This document shows positions 1-9,344 of a stretch of 64,000 nt of DNA, in pieces (positions within the stretch are counted from its first letter, which is position 1; every line of letters begins with the position of its first letter). A program made the translations under genes and the position numbers. Location of the stretch: assembly GCA_963662275.1 (NCBI GenBank), contig OY759316.1, positions 2,272,001-2,336,000 on the forward strand, in the 5' to 3' direction. The notes under the pieces were generated by a model that searched no databases, was not told the DNA's origin, and was given only the letters and a program-made list of their open reading frames with translations. Origin of the DNA: Candidatus Cloacimonadales bacterium (GTDB lineage Bacteria > Cloacimonadota > Cloacimonadia > Cloacimonadales > DAONDQ01).

Positions 1-246
1 AACAACTTCAGTCGTTGGAGCAACTGCTTTAGCCGGTAGCAACAACTTCAGTCGTTGGAGCAACTGCTTTAGCCGTTTAGGGGTTTAAAACCCCTTGATC
101 TGATAAATCAAATCAGCCAACGAATAAATTCGTTGCTACGAATGTTGAGGTTTCAATCTCTATGAATTGTAAGTTATTTCAGAAGTAGCGTTGAAACGCT
201 ATGGTTTGATGAATCAAACCGGTACAACGAATAAATTCGTTGCTAC
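1..246. repeat. REP cluster upstream of RAYT
   Basis: 40-bp tandem unit (1-75) made of GTAG-CAACAACTTCAGTCGTTG and GGAG-CAACTGCTTTAGCCG hairpins; two identical minus-strand copies of GTAGCAACGAATTTATTCGTTG at 118-139 and 225-246; further hairpins at about 79-95, 186-201 and 203-220. Confidence 0.85.
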
Positions 247-270
247 GGAAATCGTAGTTACACAAATATC

Positions 271-298
271 TTGACACAATTAATGTAAACAGAATAAT
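271..298 (+). promoter_or_regulatory. putative sigma70 promoter of RAYT gene
   Basis: TTGACA 271-276, AATAAT 293-298, then GGGAGG RBS before ATG 328. Confidence 0.5.
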
Positions 299-327
299 TA
301 AATAAATTAGAAATAAAGGGAGGGACT

Positions 328-1017
328 ATGAAATCAAGTGAACCATATCAAACCTACCACAAAGGACATCTACCCCATTTACAACCACAAGATCGAGCTT
401 TCTTTATAACCTTTAGACTCGACATTGAACTAACAACGGATTTCTATCTTAGCATGGAAAAAAAGAAAAACGAACTTACTAACAGTTTAATGAATATCAA
501 ATCACCTGCAGAACGTAATCTGATATTTAGTAAAAAGCTTTTTGCCTATACGGATAATTACTTTGATAAACTTCAAAGCAAGCATAATATACTTCAAGAA
601 GCAACCTATGCGCAACTTGTTGTGAATGAATTAAAAGCTTTTGATACAGAAATGTATGATCTATATGCATATACGATCATGCCGAATCATGTACATATTC
701 TCTTCAAACCGTTGAAGAATACTGATGGAGATGATTATTCTATAGCAAAGATCATACAAAAGGTGAAGGGAAGAAGCGCTCGGTTCATCAACCTGGAGTT
801 GGGACGATCAGGGAAATTCTGGCAAAAAGAATACTATGATCATTATGTGAGAGATGAAAAGGAATTGCATAACATCGTTCGATATATTGTGAGAAACCCT
901 TTTAATGCCGGATTAGCTGAACAACCCAAAGACTGGCGTTGGACTTGGGTGTTGCAGGAATTCCAAGCAACCATGAATGAAGATTGTATCAGAGAAGAAG
1001 AATCAGAATATTGTTAG
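328..1017 (+). CDS. REP-associated tyrosine transposase (RAYT/TnpA-REP, IS200/IS605 Y1 HUH family)
   Basis: HLPH...FFITFRL N-terminus, HUH motif IMPNHVHIL, FWQ..YYDH.VR and catalytic YI..NP; flanked by REP hairpins. Confidence 0.9.
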   Translation: MKSSEPYQTYHKGHLPHLQPQDRAFFITFRLDIELTTDFYLSMEKKKNELTNSLMNIKSPAERNLIFSKKLFAYTDNYFDKLQSKHNILQEATYAQLVVNELKAFDTEMYDLYAYTIMPNHVHILFKPLKNTDGDDYSIAKIIQKVKGRSARFINLELGRSGKFWQKEYYDHYVRDEKELHNIVRYIVRNPFNAGLAEQPKDWRWTWVLQEFQATMNEDCIREEESEYC

Positions 1018-1090
1018 GCTATGAACCTTGAATTTGACAGTATTGTGAGATAGTTGTCCAACCTCGGAACTCTGAAGAAGATGGCGAGAA

Positions 1091-1873
1091 TCATACATCA
1101 ATAAAGCTTGTAGATGTATCCTGGGAAGCAACAATTAAATTCAGATCATGTCTGACTTGCTTAAGGTAATCTCGCATTTTGGTTTCTGCGATTTCAGGTG
1201 TATTGTTCGTTTCACTTAGATGAGCTAAGATCAGGTTGCGAAGGTTTTGATGCAGGATTTGGACAATAATACCGATTGCCTGATCATTTGATAAATGACC
1301 CAAAGTACTTTTTACCCGTTGTTTGAGTTTCCAGGGATATGGTCCTTCCATTAGCATCAGCTCATCGTGATTACTCTCCAGGACGAGCGTAGTGACATCC
1401 TGGAGACGATTGATCGTCACCTTGGAAGGAAACCCCAGGTCGGTGGCAACGGCAAGCTTGGCTATCGTATTGTTCTTCTGGACGAAAGTAAAATTGCATC
1501 CATCAACTGAATCATGTGAAGCGGAGAAAGCATGTACATGGATATCCCCTATTGTAAACTCATCACCGGGGCTAAAGTAGCGCACTGTTGGTATTTCACC
1601 GATACGGTGTTTGCATTCGATATGAGTAGGTCTTGTTATATAAACAGGTTTCCTGGTTTTCCTGGCTAAGGAACCAATACCGTTTGTGTGGTCGGCATGT
1701 TCATGGCTGACCAGTATAGCAGTGATATGTTCCTTAGTCATTTTATTCTGGAGAAGAAAATTAACAATGCGCATTGTGCTGATACCGGCATCAAGAATAA
1801 TTCTGGTTGTATCGGTAGAGATTAACATCGAGTTGCCTTTGCTGCCGCTCGCTATCATAGCTATTTTGAACAT
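1091..1873 (-). CDS. MBL-fold metallo-hydrolase (YycJ/WalJ-like)
   Basis: ASGSKGN, SHEHADH, ATDLG, ESNHD, GHLSN, LAHLS motifs. Confidence 0.9.
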   Translation of the reverse strand: MFKIAMIASGSKGNSMLISTDTTRIILDAGISTMRIVNFLLQNKMTKEHITAILVSHEHADHTNGIGSLARKTRKPVYITRPTHIECKHRIGEIPTVRYFSPGDEFTIGDIHVHAFSASHDSVDGCNFTFVQKNNTIAKLAVATDLGFPSKVTINRLQDVTTLVLESNHDELMLMEGPYPWKLKQRVKSTLGHLSNDQAIGIIVQILHQNLRNLILAHLSETNNTPEIAETKMRDYLKQVRHDLNLIVASQDTSTSFIDV

Positions 1874-1876
1874 AAA

Positions 1877-2818
1877 TTACCTTAAAAAATAATATCTTTC
1901 ATTCATGCGGTCAAATTCAGACCAATCCGCATCAGGAGAAGCTCCTTCTATCAATTGCATAACTCCAGTGGTCTGGGCATCTAGATTATCTGCAAAATGA
2001 AGTACTACGGCTTCCAAAGTTTGGGGCAATCGAACAGAAGCCTTTTCATATTCACCATGATGAGAAAGAATCAGATGTCGAATCTTCATTAATGTTACAG
2101 GAGGAAACTGGTTGATCGTTGCAGCAGCTTCTGAAATCATCTGATCACCAATTGCCAAGTGACCAATCAATCTTCCTACATCTGTGAAATCAATGTTCGT
2201 TTTCTGGTTGTATTCATAGACTTTACCAATATCATGCAGAAGTGCACCGGCAATGAGGATATCCTTATTGAGAGGGTACATAGCAGAAGTAAATTCACAT
2301 ATCCTGGCGACACTAATTGTATGTTCCAGTAATCCGGTAATAAAATTATGATGCCAAGACTTGGCAGCAGGCGAAGTGGCAAATATCCTGAAGAATTCTT
2401 TATCTTCATAAAAGTGCTTTAACAGAGCTCTTATATATGAATCACTAACGTTATCAATGTAATTAAAAAGTATTTCTGCCAGTTCATTAACATCCTTCTT
2501 GGATACAGGAAGAATATCTGCAAGATCAAATTCAACTGATTCAGCAATTCTCACTTGCTGCAATGTCAATTGCACCTGATTTTTATATAGAATGACCTGA
2601 GCTTTCACTTTTATGACATCACCTTCCTGGAACTTCTCGCTTTCAGATTTAGCATTATTCCAGACATTGGCAGCAACATTTCCAGTTTTGTCTGTCAGCT
2701 TCAAACGCAGGAAGAAGTCTTTTGCCCCTTCGCGAAGTTCCTTTTCGGAAACGAGATAATAACTGATGATTTCCCTGTTAACATATTCTTTGAGATTCCG
2801 GACGTCTATTCTTTCCAT
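1877..2818 (-). CDS. yhaM: 3'-5' exoribonuclease YhaM family (OB fold + HD domain)
   Basis: PAAKSWHH, GLLEHT, LLHDIGK, SHHG, ADNLDA; start moved to ATG 2818 after AAGGA. Confidence 0.85.
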   Translation of the reverse strand: MERIDVRNLKEYVNREIISYYLVSEKELREGAKDFFLRLKLTDKTGNVAANVWNNAKSESEKFQEGDVIKVKAQVILYKNQVQLTLQQVRIAESVEFDLADILPVSKKDVNELAEILFNYIDNVSDSYIRALLKHFYEDKEFFRIFATSPAAKSWHHNFITGLLEHTISVARICEFTSAMYPLNKDILIAGALLHDIGKVYEYNQKTNIDFTDVGRLIGHLAIGDQMISEAAATINQFPPVTLMKIRHLILSHHGEYEKASVRLPQTLEAVVLHFADNLDAQTTGVMQLIEGASPDADWSEFDRMNERYYFLR

Positions 2819-2929
2819 TTTTATTTCCTTATTTAATAGTGAAATGCTATTTAAAACATTTATGACAATTACGTAATGGTTATCAATAACCTTCACGTTC
2901 GTTTTTTACTAATTTCTAATAGTCAATTT

Positions 2930-2958
2930 TTCAGTAGGATCGGAATCCTACTCCACAA
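2930..2958 (-). repeat. REP element overlapping stop codon of PHP gene
   Basis: TTGTGGAGTAGGATTCCGATCCTACTGAA, identical over 29 nt to 31044-31072. Confidence 0.85.
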
Positions 2959-3997
2959 CATAGATAGGGTTTGTATATATCCAGCCTAAGCAATATCGTT
3001 GTATTTCCAATCTGTAGAAACCTGGTTTCGTAATCTCAAACTTCCCATGAATACCCGATTGTTTACTTACTGTCTTTCCGTTATGGATCAAGTGAATCCT
3101 GCCGTTTTTTGGTAGATTATAATATAACGCTAGTGAATCAGTAAATTTAATATCTTCACCACAGATAGCACTATTACCATGATCATCACAAATAGCAGTA
3201 TAAAAATTTGAAGGGGCACCAAGTCTTTGGTTCACAACGTAAGAATTGCCATTCTTCAGCGCTATTAAAACATCCTGCTGATCAGGATTTTGTTTCATGG
3301 GAATTAAAACATTGGTTCTGATATAGGCAAATAAAAGATTATGAGTTAAAACTTTCCATTTCATTCCAAAAATCTTTATACTCGTTCCATGAGCATCAAT
3401 TGCACCAATACCTGACTTTCGTTTTCCCTGCAAGTTCAGGTCATCCCAATATTTCAAAACTTTCCTGTATGGTCTCCTGATAAACATTTGCGGAAATAAC
3501 AGATGGAATGCTCCATTACGCCAATAATTCATTGTTTTCAGCCAAGATGAGATAAAATTCCAGATTTCCAGACCATCGAATTTATCCAATTCCAATTTAT
3601 TCCACTGGTATTTTGGAAAACGATTACCACATCTGTCTTCTAAAGGATGAGCTGCAAAAGTGATTGCCCCGGCTTTTTTATAATAAGCCAAGTAGTCTTC
3701 AACTCTGCCATTTGAAAGAGCTGTTTGATTATTAAATACGAGTAAGTGGTGTTCATCAACAGCATCATTTATTTCCATACCGGGAATCAGGAGAATTTTT
3801 TTTTCCCTGATGAAATCCGGATCATTGATCACATTCAAATTATTATGATCGGTAATACAGACATAATCAAGTCTTCTTTTCCTGGCAGCCTGGATCAGAG
3901 AGAAAACAGATTCATTTGAATCAAATGAATAGATCGTGTGATTATGGATTGTTCCCGTTAAATCAAGAAAATCACGTTTGAATATACGTTTCTTCAC
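2948..3997 (-). CDS. PHP-domain metallohydrolase (CehA/McbA-like)
   Basis: HNHTIYS, ITDHN, GMEI, AAHP, DAH motifs. Confidence 0.8.
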   Translation of the reverse strand: MKKRIFKRDFLDLTGTIHNHTIYSFDSNESVFSLIQAARKRRLDYVCITDHNNLNVINDPDFIREKKILLIPGMEINDAVDEHHLLVFNNQTALSNGRVEDYLAYYKKAGAITFAAHPLEDRCGNRFPKYQWNKLELDKFDGLEIWNFISSWLKTMNYWRNGAFHLLFPQMFIRRPYRKVLKYWDDLNLQGKRKSGIGAIDAHGTSIKIFGMKWKVLTHNLLFAYIRTNVLIPMKQNPDQQDVLIALKNGNSYVVNQRLGAPSNFYTAICDDHGNSAICGEDIKFTDSLALYYNLPKNGRIHLIHNGKTVSKQSGIHGKFEITKPGFYRLEIQRYCLGWIYTNPIYVVE

Positions 3998-5970
3998 TAA
4001 TTCACCAAGACGAATTTCTTTGCATAATGAAGCTTCTGCTGATTAGCATTTGTTCCTTCAATCTTAATAAAATAGATTCCACTACTAACATTCGCACCGT
4101 TTTTATCTTTCAGATTCCAGCTTAAATCGCTCTTTTCTCTTTCACCTTTTGGAAATGAATATACTAACTGCCCACGAATATTGTATATTTCAGTTCGATA
4201 CTCTTTGATTTTTTGGTTAGCCGGAATGCGTATACGTAGAGATTTATTCATGAAACATGGGTTCGGGAAAATGGAAGGGGAAACGATATTAGCAGCTTCC
4301 TCATCATCGTTGGATATAGGTAAATTCACAAGAGAGCGTTTACCGCAAAGATATACTCTATTGTCATCCCTGTTTTGAATAAAATAGACCAAAGAACAAT
4401 TCCTGATCGATGTATTTGGAGTACTGAGAAGATTGACATCAGAAGAACGGAATGTATAAATCTTAGAATGTGATACTCCATAAGAAAGCATACTCGGAAG
4501 TGAATCATCAATTGCAACAAATCCTAAGAATATATTAGCGGGGATATCATGATTATCCAGAATGGTCTCTACAATCGCCAGAGACAACCTGCAACGTGCT
4601 AAATAAGGAGTGAAGACATACGAAAATGGATTAGAAATTTCTAATTCCACGGCAATGTTGTCCCCTTCATAGTAAGGTTCACCAATCCGTTCTTCAACAA
4701 GAAAAGTCTTATCATTGTTAGCATCAATGATAGCATTCTCAATTTTAACACTATCGGAAATGGCTTGAAAACCATGAATTCGATAAATACCATCAACAGC
4801 AATCTCAGGATAGCCGATACTATCATAATAAAGATACCTGAGATTAGCATCTTCATTGAATAAGCTATCAGAGGCATTTGGATAATAATTAATAATGACA
4901 TCTCGAGAATCACCAAAATGGGCTTCTGCTCCATTTATTAATAAAGATGTTCCAAAATTATTGTGAAAGAAATTCTCTTCAAGCGTTCGAGTTGGTGCTG
5001 CATTAAAGGTATCGAAATCAACTGAAATTGAATTATTGCTAAGATAATCCATACTTTCATCATAACCGCTATCGAGTGTAGCAGTAAATGAATACTGACT
5101 CGGACTCCTGGACAAGGCGACATGAGCAAAATAAGTACTGCTATTACTTTCATCAACTACTAAAGTTTGCTGTGGTTGGAGTAGTGGAATACGAACTGAA
5201 TCGATAACAATATTTTCAGTAAATGCGGTTGTTCTTTGAAGAAAGAGTTTAGCATTTACAATTGTGCTATCGGACGCATTTTTAATGGTAAAAAGAGGTA
5301 TCAGATTGGAGCCTGTAACATGGTTACCCACAAGTTCAAAAGACTGAAGTTCCATTTCATGTGAGTGATTTGGATAAGAATAGGTACCGATCAAACTGAA
5401 TAAGAATTCACTTGAATATCCCAGGCTTGACATAGATTGAAAATACGGATTAATACCTGGAGTATTATTCCAGTAATAACTATTCTGCCCTCCCGTATTT
5501 TCTGCAGCTATATAAGGTCCATTTGCTGTTGTAGGAATACCAACGACTAACCATAATACGGATCTTGTGATAGGATACTGGATCAAATCTATTGGATTGA
5601 GAGTGATATCAGTCCATCCCTGCATATCATATACAATGCCGTTCGCCAGTTCTTCATCAGGAAAACCGTCCTGGTCAGAATAGAGAGTAACCCTGGCAGA
5701 ATCGGTTATACTTGGTAAATAAATATGAGCTATTGTCGGAGTGAAAAGGATGGTATCAGTAATACTCATGATGTTGCTGAACTGGAACCTGACAGCCCAC
5801 ATATTTGTCCCATACCAATGTTGATCATCGATGTTGTGGTGCCAGGAAGCTGTGGATAAACGAGGTAAATTAGGGTCAGGGACTTTCGTATGTGGTCCTT
5901 CTACAAAATCGATTGCTTGAAGAACTATCACGGTCAAGGTTATAAGACAGAGAAGTATTATTCTTTTCAT
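3997..5970 (-). CDS. secreted protein with C-terminal FlgD-Ig/T9SS-like sorting domain
   Basis: Signal peptide; C-terminal FPNP...IYNIRGQLV...W..KD.NG..VSSGIYF. Confidence 0.8.
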   Translation of the reverse strand: MKRIILLCLITLTVIVLQAIDFVEGPHTKVPDPNLPRLSTASWHHNIDDQHWYGTNMWAVRFQFSNIMSITDTILFTPTIAHIYLPSITDSARVTLYSDQDGFPDEELANGIVYDMQGWTDITLNPIDLIQYPITRSVLWLVVGIPTTANGPYIAAENTGGQNSYYWNNTPGINPYFQSMSSLGYSSEFLFSLIGTYSYPNHSHEMELQSFELVGNHVTGSNLIPLFTIKNASDSTIVNAKLFLQRTTAFTENIVIDSVRIPLLQPQQTLVVDESNSSTYFAHVALSRSPSQYSFTATLDSGYDESMDYLSNNSISVDFDTFNAAPTRTLEENFFHNNFGTSLLINGAEAHFGDSRDVIINYYPNASDSLFNEDANLRYLYYDSIGYPEIAVDGIYRIHGFQAISDSVKIENAIIDANNDKTFLVEERIGEPYYEGDNIAVELEISNPFSYVFTPYLARCRLSLAIVETILDNHDIPANIFLGFVAIDDSLPSMLSYGVSHSKIYTFRSSDVNLLSTPNTSIRNCSLVYFIQNRDDNRVYLCGKRSLVNLPISNDDEEAANIVSPSIFPNPCFMNKSLRIRIPANQKIKEYRTEIYNIRGQLVYSFPKGEREKSDLSWNLKDKNGANVSSGIYFIKIEGTNANQQKLHYAKKFVLVN

Positions 5971-6914
5971 AAAATTATGCCTTTTAAATATTCAGGTATT
6001 ATCTTTTGGGCAGTTTCAACATCATTTGAAATCGCCTTCTGTAAATCTTCCCTACTTGGGTATTGAATTTCGTCTCGTATTCTTTGAATAAAGAATACTT
6101 CAACCTTTGAGTCATAAATCTCACCTTCAAAATCAAGCAAATAAGTTTCAATTTCTTGGTTTTCCACTATCTTCAATGTAGGACTGTATCCAATATTGGT
6201 CAAGCCAAAATATTTATGTGAGAAAGCGTCTATAAGATATGTCAGATATATTCCACGTCGAGGGATTAGTTTATGAGGATCGTCGGGTAATAGATTGATT
6301 GTCGGAAAACCGATTGTATGTCCAATTCCTTTTCCATGAACGACTTTACCGGAAATGGAATACTCCCTATTTAAATACAGCTTTGCAGCTTCAACTTGAC
6401 CTTCGCTAATGCATTTCCTAATTAAGGTACTGCTGACAATCTGTCCAGAGCATTTAACTGGTGGGACATGTTGTGTTAGATAACTATAATTTTCTTCATT
6501 CATTTTCAGAAATTTGAAATCACCACATCGATTCCTGCCAAAATGAGAATCATATCCAATGAATATTTCAACCGGATGAAGTAATTGAACCAGGATATTC
6601 TTTAAAAAATCGGTGGCACTCATGTCGGAGATCCGATCATCAAAGTGAAGAAAGAGAACATGATCAATACCTAGATCCAATAAGATTCTTTCTTTCTTAG
6701 CTTTTTCAGTAAGGAGATATGGATATGGTTTTTTATGCAGTGTTTCAAAAGGATGGTGGTAATAAGTTAAGACGATGCTTTCACCTTGAATCTCAGCAGC
6801 TCTGTTCTTGAGAAGCATTAGCAATTTTTGATGACCGAGATGCACGCCATCAAAGTTACCCATGGTAATCACCGGATTCTTAAAACAATAAGGCTTATCT
6901 TTTAATATTTTCAT
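5967..6914 (-). CDS. ribF: bifunctional riboflavin kinase/FAD synthetase
   Basis: GNFDGVHLGHQ, SSTLIR, GFPTIN. Confidence 0.95.
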   Translation of the reverse strand: MKILKDKPYCFKNPVITMGNFDGVHLGHQKLLMLLKNRAAEIQGESIVLTYYHHPFETLHKKPYPYLLTEKAKKERILLDLGIDHVLFLHFDDRISDMSATDFLKNILVQLLHPVEIFIGYDSHFGRNRCGDFKFLKMNEENYSYLTQHVPPVKCSGQIVSSTLIRKCISEGQVEAAKLYLNREYSISGKVVHGKGIGHTIGFPTINLLPDDPHKLIPRRGIYLTYLIDAFSHKYFGLTNIGYSPTLKIVENQEIETYLLDFEGEIYDSKVEVFFIQRIRDEIQYPSREDLQKAISNDVETAQKIIPEYLKGIIL

Positions 6915-7771
6915 TGTATCACTCTTCTTGGATGGAGATTACCTTGAATATTTTCTCCCAAACCAAGGAGTTGATTTGCCAAACATACCAGATACATGCC
7001 ATCAACTTCTTCCCTATTGTCCTGCACGATACCTGTTACAAACAACCTTGCCTCCGTTTCGTTCAATAGAATTTGCTTCATATCTCTTAGTATGACTTCA
7101 ATGGGTAATAAGAATTGTCGCCAATTATTACTGTCAAGCATATCTAATGTGATTGAAGAAGATTCATCTACTTCTCCCACCCTGGTGCGAGATAGATCTA
7201 TTGTGGTAGCAATGGTTCCCAGCATCTCCCCTATTGTCTCTGACAAGCTACGTATGTATGTTCCCTTACTAACTGTACAGGAATAAGTTAGATAAGGAGA
7301 TTTAAAGTCAATTATATCAATATTAAATACCCTTATAGGTCTAGATGGAATATCAGTAATCTGTTCTTTACGAGCTAATTCGTAAGCTCTTTTACCGTTT
7401 ATTTTGATGGCGGAGAAATTTGGTGGTTTCTGTTCCCTCAAACTCATAATTTTGTCTTTCATTTCACTTAATAAAGCGGAAGTGATGATAGGAATAGGAG
7501 CTTCCATTGTAATTCTACCGGTATAATCACCAGTATTTGTTTTCAGTCCCAATTGAGCAGTGGCAGTGTATGATTTAATGTCATCAGTGAACAGACTGAT
7601 GAAGCGTGTTGCTTTTCCTACACCGATAAGTAGGACACCCGTAGCAAATGGATCTAATGTTCCGGTATGTCCAATTTTTCTAATCCCCGTGATCTTTCGC
7701 AATTGATGGATCACATCAAAGGATGTTATTCCTTTTGGTTTATTAATATTTAAAAAGCCATAATCAAGCAT
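6911..7771 (-). CDS. truB: tRNA pseudouridine(55) synthase
   Basis: KIGHTGTLDPFATG, SKGTYIRS; start placed at MLDYG (7771), downstream of the DHH gene stop. Confidence 0.95.
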   Translation of the reverse strand: MLDYGFLNINKPKGITSFDVIHQLRKITGIRKIGHTGTLDPFATGVLLIGVGKATRFISLFTDDIKSYTATAQLGLKTNTGDYTGRITMEAPIPIITSALLSEMKDKIMSLREQKPPNFSAIKINGKRAYELARKEQITDIPSRPIRVFNIDIIDFKSPYLTYSCTVSKGTYIRSLSETIGEMLGTIATTIDLSRTRVGEVDESSSITLDMLDSNNWRQFLLPIEVILRDMKQILLNETEARLFVTGIVQDNREEVDGMYLVCLANQLLGLGENIQGNLHPRRVIQ

Positions 7772-7776
7772 CTTTT

Positions 7777-8742
7777 TTATACTTTCAGATGTTCTAAAAT
7801 GATCCGTTTCACTTCCGTTAATGTTCCATTTATCATACAACCGGCAGCCAGTATGTGTCCACCACCACCATACATTTCCGCAATTGTGTTCACGGGAAAA
7901 TGACTTGAGCGCAGACTGAGACGATATGAATTTTGTTCAATTTCTCGGAAATAGACAATAACTTCAACACCTTCGACTCCTTTAACCCATCGAGTAAGCT
8001 TTGTTGTAGCACTCTGATCTAAATTATTCCTGGTTAACATATCCAATGATGAATCCATAAAAAGGATCGTGCCATTTAGATGCATTTCGATAGTTGCTAA
8101 TACTTCTCCAATAAATCGCATCTCTAATGGAGGTTTATTAAAGAGAAATACCTGAGCTATTTCTGCTGGTTTTAAGCCAAACTGCATCAATTCAGCAGAA
8201 GTTTGATATGCGGTGACATCAGTATTGGAGTTAACGAAATTATCTGTATCGTTTAAAATTGTTGTATATATTGCTTTAGCATAGTATCTTTGAATTTCAC
8301 TGGGTGATTTCAATATCTCTTCATATAAACAATAATGAAGCATGATTCCAACACTGACAGCCTTTGGATCTATCCAATTAATAGAATTTGGAATTGTTTC
8401 TCTTAATTCATGATGATCCGCAACAAATATATTCCTTGCATCTTTCAATAAGGCAGAACAAACACCTAACCGAGATACTTCATGGCAGTCTAATACAATC
8501 AGGAAATCGTAGGAAAGATCATCTGAAAAAACTTTTGTGAGTGTTATAGCATCTAGATAATCATAAATATGCGGGGCTTGTTCTTCGAGAATAATATCAG
8601 TTTCAATTTTCTTCCACGCTAAAAATCTCTTCAGACATAAAGCTGCTGCAAGACCGTCTCCATCAGGATCTTTATGTGTTAAAATGCCAATACTTGTGGC
8701 AGATGCAAGGTTCTTTTGTAATTGTTTCCACCATTCAATCAT
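7777..8742 (-). CDS. nrnA: DHH/DHHA1 oligoribonuclease/PAP phosphatase
   Basis: HKDPDGD, DHH, GGGGH..AAG; usual position between rbfA and truB. Confidence 0.9.
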   Translation of the reverse strand: MIEWWKQLQKNLASATSIGILTHKDPDGDGLAAALCLKRFLAWKKIETDIILEEQAPHIYDYLDAITLTKVFSDDLSYDFLIVLDCHEVSRLGVCSALLKDARNIFVADHHELRETIPNSINWIDPKAVSVGIMLHYCLYEEILKSPSEIQRYYAKAIYTTILNDTDNFVNSNTDVTAYQTSAELMQFGLKPAEIAQVFLFNKPPLEMRFIGEVLATIEMHLNGTILFMDSSLDMLTRNNLDQSATTKLTRWVKGVEGVEVIVYFREIEQNSYRLSLRSSHFPVNTIAEMYGGGGHILAAGCMINGTLTEVKRIILEHLKV

Positions 8743-8768
8743 GATAACATCCTTTCAAATTAACAAAA

Positions 8769-8795
8769 GAGGAGTTTACAAAACGTAAACTCCTC
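8769..8795 (-). terminator. hairpin terminator after rbfA
   Basis: GAGGAGTTTAC/GTAAACTCCTC stem, followed by TTTT on the minus strand. Confidence 0.65.
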
Positions 8796-8815
8796 ATGAG
8801 ATATTAAAAGACACT

Positions 8816-9289
8816 TTAATTCAGATCCTCATCTTCTTCTTCGTCAAGGTCATCATAATCTTCGAAATCATCATCAAAGAAATCTTCATCATCATCTAGA
8901 TAATCATCTAGATCATAATCTTCATCAACATCGTCATCATTGTCATAATCGTCTTTCAATGAGGCAAGTAGTTTGTCCATGTGTGCTGCCTTGTCTTCAG
9001 TATCATCATAGAGAAAGGAGATTTCTGGGATGGTTCTCATAAGTTTTGCTCCTGCTATTTCTTTTTTAATGAATCCAGAAGCTTTTGTTAGAAGCTCCAG
9101 AATTTTTTTATGCGATGCTTTGTTATTATAGTGCGAAATAAAGATTCTTGCATAATGCAAATCTTTACTGAGAGTAATCCCGGTTATTGTTATCCACTGT
9201 AACCTTGGATCTCTCATTTTAGTATTCAGAGTAATACTGATCAGCTTGATCAATTCTTTCTCCAAACGTTGTATCCTGATTGCAGACAT
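8816..9289 (-). CDS. rbfA: ribosome-binding factor A with long acidic tail
   Basis: RDPRL..ITIT...SKDL..ARIF, RTIPEISF.YD; follows infB. Confidence 0.95.
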   Translation of the reverse strand: MSAIRIQRLEKELIKLISITLNTKMRDPRLQWITITGITLSKDLHYARIFISHYNNKASHKKILELLTKASGFIKKEIAGAKLMRTIPEISFLYDDTEDKAAHMDKLLASLKDDYDNDDDVDEDYDLDDYLDDDEDFFDDDFEDYDDLDEEEDEDLN

Positions 9290-9344
9290 TTTACCTTTTA
9301 CCTTATTGATTTAATAAAAATCAGTTTCTTCTTATGTCAAGTGT

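Noticed and set aside
1..80. CRISPR array
   Set aside because: Tandem 40-bp units without unique spacers, no cas genes; fits REP hairpins beside a RAYT
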